A DNA stretch of 64,000 nucleotides from Clostridiales bacterium Firm_18. GTDB taxonomy: Bacteria; Bacillota; Clostridia; Monoglobales; Firm-18. Where the stretch lies: positions 3,027-67,026 of the forward strand of contig LVAX01000092.1 in NCBI GenBank assembly GCA_001604215.1, read 5' to 3'. Shown here piece by piece: positions 47,888 to 54,182 of this stretch (position 1 is its first letter; the number at the start of each line of letters is the position of its first letter). The translations under genes were made by a program, and so were the position numbers. The notes below the pieces were generated by a model, which saw only the letters and a list, made by a program, of their open reading frames with translations, made no database searches and was not told where the DNA came from.

Positions 47888-48058
47888 TGAGCTTAAGAGC
47901 TAAAGAGCTAAAAAGCTAAAGAGCTTAATAGCTTAAGAGCTGAATAGCGCAAGGGCGTAAAGGCATTAACCTTTACGCCCTTGTTTTTTAGCTTTTCCGC
48001 TTTTTAGCTTTTCCGCTTTTTAGCTTTTCCGCTTTTTAGCTTTTCCGCTTTTCAGCTT
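47888..48058. repeat. 8-bp repeat array B3: forward arm, central GC hairpin, reverse arm
   Basis: Forward units TTAAGAGC TAAAGAGC TAAAAAGC ... (47888-47948). Central hairpin at 47950-47983. Reverse units GCTTTTCC GCTTTTTA ... (47990-48058) run into the stop of the SLH gene. Confidence 0.95.
47950..47989 (+). terminator. intrinsic terminator of asnB embedded in repeat array B3
   Basis: AAGGGCGTAAAGG-CATTAA-CCTTTACGCCCTT has a 13-bp stem and is followed by TTTTTT. Confidence 0.85.
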
Positions 48059-49224
48059 GCCATGTCCATCTCAGCTATCAGCTGGCGCATTACTTCGGGG
48101 TTGCTTTCTTTGTATTTAATTGTTTGCAGTATCATTTCCGCGGCCATTGCGCGCGTTATCTTTGCAAACGGTCTTACCGTGCCGTCGTCATAACCTCTTA
48201 CCAGCCCGTAAGCGGTCATGTTGCTGATATACGGAATTCCCCACTCCGGAACAATATCCAAGTCGGTGTAATCGGGCAAATCCTCAGGCTCCGCGTCCGG
48301 CTTTATTGTGTTGTTAAGCATTGCGATTGATTCCAGACGTGTAAGCTTTTCCGAGGCGCGCAGATAAAGCTTGTCGCCTTCCAAAGAGCCTTTGATAATA
48401 CCCGCGTCATATGCCGCTTTTGCCTGCAGGTTCATCCACGCGGGGGTTTCTTCCGCGTCCGCAAAGGGCGAAGGCATTTCGGCATATTCCGAAACATCAA
48501 TTCCCATGGCGGATACAAGATACAGGATAAAATCCCCTCTTGACAGTTCGCTTTCGGGATAAAAATAAAATTTATTCCCTATTTGAAAACCTTTTAAAAT
48601 ATTTCTTTCGCCGAGCCGTATTGCCGAATACTCGCCCCAATGGTTAAACATATCTTCATATCTGAACGAATATACCGGCGGGGTGGGCTCGGGAGATTCT
48701 TCCGGAGAAGGTTCGGGTGATTCTTCCGGCGACTCTTCCGGTGAAGGCTCGGGCGACTCCTCGGGCTCTTCGGATATTGTAACCGAAATCGTGGCCGTTT
48801 CCGTTCCAAGATCATCTGATGTAACGGAAAAAACAAAAGAATCGGTGCCTGTCTCATCCTCATGCGGCGTATAGGTAAAATCCCCGTTTGAGGTATCCGT
48901 TATTTCAACATCACCCTTTGTGGGCGGCGTTTCAATGTCAAACATCACTTCTTCTTCAGCCGGTACGTTACATTCCATTGAGCCGGTTGCGGGAGTGTTG
49001 ACAATGACGTTTAACGTGCCGTCCAGAGCGGCAAATTCCCCCGTATTTTGGGTTACCGACGTTTTAATCGAGCTTTGATACGTTGCTTTTTTGCTGAAAA
49101 TCGAAAAAATGTTAAACCCGGGCTTTTCATCACTGTTTACAAAACTTGCGTCAGATGCAATTGCTGCCGTATGGATTAGTAAAACCGCCGCAGCAGCAAA
49201 ACTTATTTTTTTAATATGCTTCAT
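48052..49224 (-). CDS. secreted cell-wall protein with a Pro/Glu/Ser linker and three C-terminal SLH domains
   Basis: 390 aa with signal peptide MKHIKKISFAAAAVLLIHTAAIA and a PEESPEPSPEESPE linker. Three SLH-like segments (FRYEDMFNHWGEYS..., FADAEETPAWMNLQ..., YTDLDIVPEWGIPY...). Confidence 0.8.
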   Translation of the reverse strand: MKHIKKISFAAAAVLLIHTAAIASDASFVNSDEKPGFNIFSIFSKKATYQSSIKTSVTQNTGEFAALDGTLNVIVNTPATGSMECNVPAEEEVMFDIETPPTKGDVEITDTSNGDFTYTPHEDETGTDSFVFSVTSDDLGTETATISVTISEEPEESPEPSPEESPEESPEPSPEESPEPTPPVYSFRYEDMFNHWGEYSAIRLGERNILKGFQIGNKFYFYPESELSRGDFILYLVSAMGIDVSEYAEMPSPFADAEETPAWMNLQAKAAYDAGIIKGSLEGDKLYLRASEKLTRLESIAMLNNTIKPDAEPEDLPDYTDLDIVPEWGIPYISNMTAYGLVRGYDDGTVRPFAKITRAMAAEMILQTIKYKESNPEVMRQLIAEMDMAS

Positions 49225-49292
49225 TTATCCTCATCTCCTATCAGTAAATATTTTCTCTAATTTGCAAAAGTATATGCGGACTAAAAAATGGT

Positions 49293-49424
49293 AACAGAGC
49301 GGAAAAGCGTAAGAGCGGAAGAGCTGAAAAGCTGAAGAGCTTAAAAGCTGAATAGCTAAATAGCTAAAGAGCTTAAGAGCGGAAAATCGGCAAGGGTGTA
49401 AGGGCAAATACCTTTACTCTTTTG
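49293..49424. repeat. 8-bp repeat array B4: 12 forward units plus a degenerate copy of the central hairpin, with no adjacent reverse arm
   Basis: AACAGAGC GGAAAAGC GTAAGAGC ... GGAAAATC (49293-49388), then GGCAAGGGTGTAAGGGCAAATACCTTTACTCTTTTG, which resembles the B3 centre. Confidence 0.9.
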
Positions 49425-49509
49425 TGAGTCTGTGGAAACTTTGTGTTTGTTAATAAAAAACTCTTTCTTGGCAGAAATTAGGATATGAAGCTAAGGGTGA
49501 GATTTTTGC

Positions 49510-49689
49510 ATGTTAGTGTTACCAAACATTGTAAAGTTAATGAAGTTCTTCATTTTTTTACTTAGGATAGAAGATGTACGAAATGCTCTTGGAAAAGAAG
49601 TTGATGTTTTTGACGTCACACATATTATTCCTGATTCTAAGATTTCGAAAGAGATCAACAAGGATGGAGTAGTGATTTATGAAAAATAA
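49510..49689 (+). pseudogene. mntA: MntA-type nucleotidyltransferase antitoxin, C-terminal remnant only
   Basis: A 59-codon frame ends ...LRIEDVRNALGKEVDVFDVTHIIPDSKISKEINKDGVVIYEK, the typical C-terminal half of minimal NTases. The catalytic GS...DxD part is absent. Overlaps the hepT start by 11 nt. Confidence 0.6.
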
Positions 49690-50012
49690 GATTATAGTTG
49701 AAAAGATTCTCAAGTATATTAAAAAAGTAAAAAACTATACAGAAAACGCAACCTACGACGAATTTGTTTGTAATTCTATGATGGTAGAGGCTTGTGTTTT
49801 TAACCTTGGTCAAATAGGAGAGCTTGCAAACAAAATAGACAAGAAATTTGAAACTTTATTACAGTAATATTCCATGGAGAACACTATATGGTCTTAGGAA
49901 TAAAATAGTCCACGATTACGAGGGTGTAAATTTAGTGCTTATATGGGATATAATCAAGAATGATTTAACAAATCTATACGGACAACTAACTGATTTATAT
50001 AATATGATGTAG
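49679..50012 (+). pseudogene. hepT: HepT (DUF86) toxin gene inactivated by a +1 frameshift
   Basis: The listed ORF stops at 49867 (...KKFETLLQ*). The next frame, from 49869, continues IPWRTLYGLRNKIVHDYEGVNLVLIWDIIKNDL...* and carries the RxxxH motif (RNKIVH). Removing one nt near 49856-49861 restores ...ETLYSNIPWR.... Confidence 0.8.
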
Positions 50013-50018
50013 TAATAA

Positions 50019-50050
50019 ACCTGCAAGCCCTAATAGCCTGCAGGTTTTGT
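50019..50050 (+). terminator. intrinsic terminator after the hepT remnant
   Basis: ACCTGCA-(13-nt loop)-TGCAGGT followed by TTTTGT. Confidence 0.55.
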
Positions 50051-50072
50051 ATAACAATTCATTTGTTTTTAC

Positions 50073-50813
50073 TCACTTGCCGCTCTTCAGCCCTTCCGCT
50101 CTTAACCTCTTCAGCCCCAAAACCACTTCCCCCGCGATTATCAGACCTGCGACGGAGGGGACAAATGCCACGCTGCCCGGCACCTGTCTTTTTCCGGGCG
50201 GGCATACCTCGCCGACAGATTCGGGTTTTATCGGAGGCTCTTTTGAATATACCACCTTTAACGAATCTATGCCCCTTGCTTTCAACTCTTTTCTCATAAC
50301 CTTCGCAAGAGGGCAGACCGAGGTGTTATATATATCGTCCACTTCAAACATTGTCGGGTTCAGCTTATTGCCCGCGCCCATGCTGCTTATTATCGGCACA
50401 TTCGATTTTTTTGCGTTTTCGATAAGCAGCAGCTTTGACGATACGGTGTCTATCGCGTCAACAACATAATCATACTTTGACAGGTCAAAACTGCCGGCAT
50501 TTTCCGCGCTGTAAAAGCAGTGGTATGAATATACCGTTGCGTCCGGGTTAATATCTTCAATGCGTTCCTTCATTACGTCAGCCTTTTTCCTGCCCAGCGT
50601 TTTGGTTGTTGCGATAAGCTGACGGTTTATGTTCGATTCGCACACAACATCGCCGTCAAACAGCGAAATTGTTCCGACGCCGCTCCTTGCAAGCGCCTCT
50701 GCCACATACGAGCCGACACCCCCTACCCCGAAAATTGCCACGGAGGCATTTTTAAGCCTTTCCATACATTCGCCGCCAAGCAGCATTTCACTTCGTACAA
50801 ACCGGTTTGACAT
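50073..50813 (-). CDS. tcdA: tRNA threonylcarbamoyladenosine dehydratase (ThiF/MoeB-type E1-like)
   Basis: 246 aa with the nucleotide-binding motif VAIFGVGGVGSY and general TcdA/CsdL-like layout. The last ~13 codons (LKRLRAEGLKSGK) are encoded by 8-bp repeat units. Confidence 0.8.
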   Translation of the reverse strand: MSNRFVRSEMLLGGECMERLKNASVAIFGVGGVGSYVAEALARSGVGTISLFDGDVVCESNINRQLIATTKTLGRKKADVMKERIEDINPDATVYSYHCFYSAENAGSFDLSKYDYVVDAIDTVSSKLLLIENAKKSNVPIISSMGAGNKLNPTMFEVDDIYNTSVCPLAKVMRKELKARGIDSLKVVYSKEPPIKPESVGEVCPPGKRQVPGSVAFVPSVAGLIIAGEVVLGLKRLRAEGLKSGK

Positions 50814-50904
50814 TCAATCACCCCAAAAAAATGATATATTAAAAAAATATCTTGCAAAAAAACTCCAATTATGGTACAATATAGTACAAGCAGATAAGAC
50901 AATT

Positions 50905-51010
50905 TAAAAAAGTCGCCGTGACCGAGAAGTGAGGCAACACTCCTCGGCTCGCGCAAAAGGTGACGGAACCACCCCTGCACGTACTCAAATATGAGCCACA
51001 AGCGACATTA
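50905..51010 (-). ncRNA. candidate ~100-nt structured RNA (leader or sRNA) upstream of tcdA, class unknown
   Basis: On the minus strand, a closing stem GTCGCTTGTGGC/GTCACGGCGAC encloses three hairpins: CTCA-TATT-TGAG, GTGCAGGGGTG-GTTCCGT-CACCTTTTGCGC and CCGAGGAGTG-TTGCCT-CACTTCTCGG. It is followed by TTTTTT and preceded by a good promoter. Confidence 0.4.
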
Positions 51011-51013
51011 CAT

Positions 51014-51042
51014 AGTATAACACATTTCCCCTTTTTTTACAA
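51014..51042 (-). promoter_or_regulatory. promoter for the candidate RNA / tcdA
   Basis: On the minus strand, TTGTAA (51037-42), a 17-nt spacer, TATACT (51014-19) with an upstream TGT (extended -10). Confidence 0.55.
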
Positions 51043-51227
51043 GAGGGCTGAAATGATATTTTACTATAAAAATGTAGCCAAGGCACATTGACATCAGGTG
51101 GAAAACCGCCTTTTGCCGATGTGCCTTATTTGCGTGGTTTTATACGGAAACAGGGCGGCATTTCCGTATAGAACCGTACATTAAGAATACCAATCAGCGA
51201 CTTAAAATACATGGTTTTAGTTGCAGA

Positions 51228-51256
51228 TTGGTATTGAAAGAAGTTAAATATATAAT
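51228..51256 (+). promoter_or_regulatory. promoter of the GGDEF gene
   Basis: TTGGTA (51228-33), a 17-nt spacer, TATAAT (51251-56), then AAGGTGG RBS and the ATG at 51275. Confidence 0.55.
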
Positions 51257-51274
51257 ACAAGGTGGCTAATCATT

Positions 51275-51844
51275 ATGAATTTTTTTGTTTTTGCAATTCT
51301 TTTTACTCTCTTTGCTTTTTTGGTTTTTATTTTTATACTTTTGAAAATCATAAAAGCGCTGTATAAATTGGCGTATTATGATTACCTGACCGGAGTATAC
51401 AACAGAAGGTATCTGTCCGGGTATATGCAAAGACTGGCCGAAAAGCGACAATCCGTCTGTTGTGTAATGCTTGATATGGATAACTTCAAAAAAATCAACG
51501 ACACCCTCGGGCACAGCATAGGTGACAAGGTTATAAAAGAAATCGCCGCAATATTGCAAAAGGCAATTGCTTCGTCAAACATGCGCGGCTTTGTTGCCAG
51601 GTACGGCGGGGACGAATTTTACATGGTTTTGCATACAAAAAACAAATTCCTTGTCAAGCCCGTTATCAATAAAATCAAACTCGCCTTCGAGCAGTTTTAT
51701 TTTTTCGCAAGCATGCCCCACAAAATATCCTGCTCTGTCGGCTATGATATATACGACCCCGCCAAGTGGAGCAGCTTTGACATGTTCGAAAGGCATATAG
51801 ACAAGCTGATGTATAAGAACAAAGGAAAAATATCATGTAATTAA
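51275..51844 (+). CDS. diguanylate cyclase (single TM helix plus GGDEF domain)
   Basis: 189 aa with YDYLTGVYNRRY, MLDMDNFKKINDTLGH and the active-site RYGGDEF. Confidence 0.88.
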   Translation: MNFFVFAILFTLFAFLVFIFILLKIIKALYKLAYYDYLTGVYNRRYLSGYMQRLAEKRQSVCCVMLDMDNFKKINDTLGHSIGDKVIKEIAAILQKAIASSNMRGFVARYGGDEFYMVLHTKNKFLVKPVINKIKLAFEQFYFFASMPHKISCSVGYDIYDPAKWSSFDMFERHIDKLMYKNKGKISCN

Positions 51845-51861
51845 AAACTTGTTAAATCATT

Positions 51862-51973
51862 GCCCTTCAGCTCTTGAGCTTATAAGCCTTTCCGCTCTTA
51901 AGCTCTTCCGCTCTTAAGCTCTTCCGCTCTTAAGCTCTTCAGCTCTTGAGCTTTTTCGCTCTTCCGCTTTTAT
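51862..51973. repeat. 8-bp repeat array B5 (14 reverse-type units)
   Basis: GCCCTTCA GCTCTTGA GCTTATAA GCCTTTCC GCTCTTAA GCTCTTCC ... GCTTTTAT. Sits between the GGDEF gene and the AT-rich EPS island. Confidence 0.95.
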
Positions 51974-52122
51974 AAATTTATTCCAGTGTAACAGATAAAA
52001 TGACAAAATTCGCTTGAATTTTGTGCTATATTATATTATAATGTATGTTATTGATGCGGATATTACAATAATAATTATAAAAAATGGAATATTATAAACG
52101 ATTTTTATAAGTAGGTGTGTAT

Positions 52123-52494
52123 ATGTATTTGGCGATTAAGCGAATACTGGACGTTATTATTTCTTTGATAGGATTAATAGTGCTTTCGCTTTTTTTAGTA
52201 CTTGTAGCTATTACAATTAAATTAGAATCAGAAGGTCCTGTGGTTTTTAAACAAAAAAGATTAGGCAAAAATGGGAAGGTCTTTGAAATCTATAAGTTTC
52301 GTACCATGGTTGTTGGAGCAGAGCATACAGGAAGCGGCGTTTACTCGACGAAGGATGATCCCCGAGTTAGCCGGGTAGGTAAAATATTAAGAAAACTAAG
52401 TATAGACGAACTCCCACAATTTTTAAATATAATTAAAGGGGATATGTCGGGTGGATACTCAAAAGGGATAAACCTTGAAAGCCTTGTGGTATAA
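52123..52494 (+). pseudogene. undecaprenyl-phosphate sugar phosphotransferase (Bac_transf), 3'-truncated copy
   Basis: N-terminal TM helix plus KFRTM and SIDELPQFLNIIKGDMS, then the frame diverges (GGYSKGINLESLVV*) exactly where intact homologues continue (I/V)xGPRP. The catalytic C-terminal half is missing. Confidence 0.75.
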
Positions 52495-52710
52495 GGGTTT
52501 CAAGGGTTTTGCATAGATTCAACGCTTGCGGATATAAAAATACAAAAGTGATGGTAATAGAAAATTTTATTATTGAAATTTTCTGCTCTTATCATATATC
52601 CATGGCTAAGTTAGACCGTAAAAAAATAACTTTGATAAGGTGGATAGCAGCGTTGTTGTATGCAATGGCAGAAGAATTTCTTGCATTAGTTTTTTAAGGT
52701 AGGTGTGCTT

Positions 52711-53340
52711 ATGTATCTATTCGTTAAAAGGACAGCAGACATTATCCTTTCACTAATGGCATTAATTTTATTGTCGCCAATATTTTTGATTATTATCATT
52801 GCAATTAAAATTGACTCAAAGGGACCGATATTATTTAAACAAAAGAGAGTAGGTATACATAAAAAACACTTCAACATACTTAAATTTCGCACAATGCGAA
52901 TAGATACGCCAAAGGATATACCTACCCACCTTCTTGAAAAACCGGAGCAGTACATAACAAGAGTAGGAAAGTTTTTAAGAAAAACAAGCTTAGACGAGCT
53001 GCCGCAAATTATTAATATTTTCTTTGGCGACATGAGCATCATTGGCCCTCGCCCGGCTCTTTGGAACCAGTACGATTTAATTGAGGAAAGGGATAAATAC
53101 GGAGCAAACGATATTAGACCAGGACTGTCAGGATATGCACAAATTTATGGAAGGGATACTTTGACAATTGCTGAAAAGGCAAAGCTTGACGGCGAATATG
53201 TAAAAAATATTAGTTTATGGTTTGATGTAAAATTATTTTTCAGTACGATACCTTATGTTTTAAAAGGCGATGGTGTTGTTGAAGGCGGCACCGGTAAAGT
53301 AAATCCTGTTGTGGGAATAGAAAAGGTTGAATTGAAATGA
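52711..53340 (+). CDS. undecaprenyl-phosphate sugar phosphotransferase (small Bac_transf type, CapM-like)
   Basis: Intact: KFRTMRIDTPKDIPTH..., SLDELPQIINIFFGDMSIIGPRPALWNQ, IRPGLSGYAQI. The RBS region (GTAGGTGTG) is duplicated from the truncated copy upstream. Confidence 0.88.
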   Translation: MYLFVKRTADIILSLMALILLSPIFLIIIIAIKIDSKGPILFKQKRVGIHKKHFNILKFRTMRIDTPKDIPTHLLEKPEQYITRVGKFLRKTSLDELPQIINIFFGDMSIIGPRPALWNQYDLIEERDKYGANDIRPGLSGYAQIYGRDTLTIAEKAKLDGEYVKNISLWFDVKLFFSTIPYVLKGDGVVEGGTGKVNPVVGIEKVELK

Positions 53341-54179
53341 AAAGAATACTTATCACCGGGGCAAATAGCTACATAGGCACAAGCTTCGAAAAATGGTTGA
53401 GAAAAGACTCTGATAAATATATAGTTGATACGATTGACATGATTGGTGATGACTGGAGGAAAAAGTCTTTTGCAGGTTATGATGCGATCCTACATGTTGC
53501 GGGTATTGTACATCAAAAGAAGGAACATAAAATAAAAGACTTATATTATAAGGTGAATAGGGATTTAGCATATGAAACTGCTAAGAAAGCGAAGGAGGCA
53601 GGTGTTAAGCATTTTGTTTTTTTAAGCTCAATGAGCGTATATGGAATTGAAGAAGGAGTTATTGACGAAACTACTCCAGTTAGACCAAAGAGTGCTTATG
53701 GCAAATCAAAAGCAGAAGCTGAAGAGCTTATTGGTGGGCTGGAAGATGAATTCTTCACTGTATCAATCATAAGGCCGCCTATGGTTTACGGTAAAGGTTG
53801 TAAAGGGAATTATCCAAGATTGGCAAGACTTGCTTTGGGGGTTCCAATATTTCCTGAAATGGATAATAAGCGTAGCATGATTTATATAGATAACTTATCA
53901 GAGTTTGTAAAGCTTTTGATTGATAACGGAAGCGGCGGACTGTTTTGTCCGCAGAATGCAGAGTATGTTAACACATGTGAGATGGTCAAACTGATTTCCA
54001 AAGCCCACGGGAAGAATATTATAATGACCAAGTTATTCAATCCCTTTTTAAAATTAATAAATGCGAGTGTCTTAAATAAAGTGTTTGGTGACTTAGTGTA
54101 TGATATGAGAATGTCCAGATATATGGCAAATTATATAGTTTGCAATTTTGGGGAATCAATAAAAAAGACGGAGGGATGA
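53337..54179 (+). CDS. NAD-dependent epimerase/dehydratase (short SDR, CapN-like)
   Basis: 280 aa with ITGANSYIG and catalytic YGKSK. Confidence 0.8.
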   Translation: MKRILITGANSYIGTSFEKWLRKDSDKYIVDTIDMIGDDWRKKSFAGYDAILHVAGIVHQKKEHKIKDLYYKVNRDLAYETAKKAKEAGVKHFVFLSSMSVYGIEEGVIDETTPVRPKSAYGKSKAEAEELIGGLEDEFFTVSIIRPPMVYGKGCKGNYPRLARLALGVPIFPEMDNKRSMIYIDNLSEFVKLLIDNGSGGLFCPQNAEYVNTCEMVKLISKAHGKNIIMTKLFNPFLKLINASVLNKVFGDLVYDMRMSRYMANYIVCNFGESIKKTEG

Positions 54180-54182
54180 ATA

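Noticed and set aside
48683-48790. Repetitive DNA (GAAGAATC/CCCGAACC-like) inside the SLH protein gene as another non-coding repeat
   Set aside because: It is in frame and encodes the PEESPEPSPEESPE linker, an ordinary low-complexity spacer of wall proteins, and it is unrelated to the octamer unit.
50905-51010. Resemblance of GGUUCCG and CCGAGGAG in the candidate RNA to conserved blocks of the ykkC (guanidine-I / ppGpp / PRPP) riboswitch
   Set aside because: These are only two short, imperfect matches. The helix order and the remaining conserved blocks as I remember them are not present, and the gene context (tcdA) does not fit. It needs a covariance-model scan, so I make no claim.
52509-52697. 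62-aa ORF between the two priming transferase genes
   Set aside because: There is no RBS and no recognisable motif, and it lies in the junction DNA behind the truncated gene. It is most likely non-coding.
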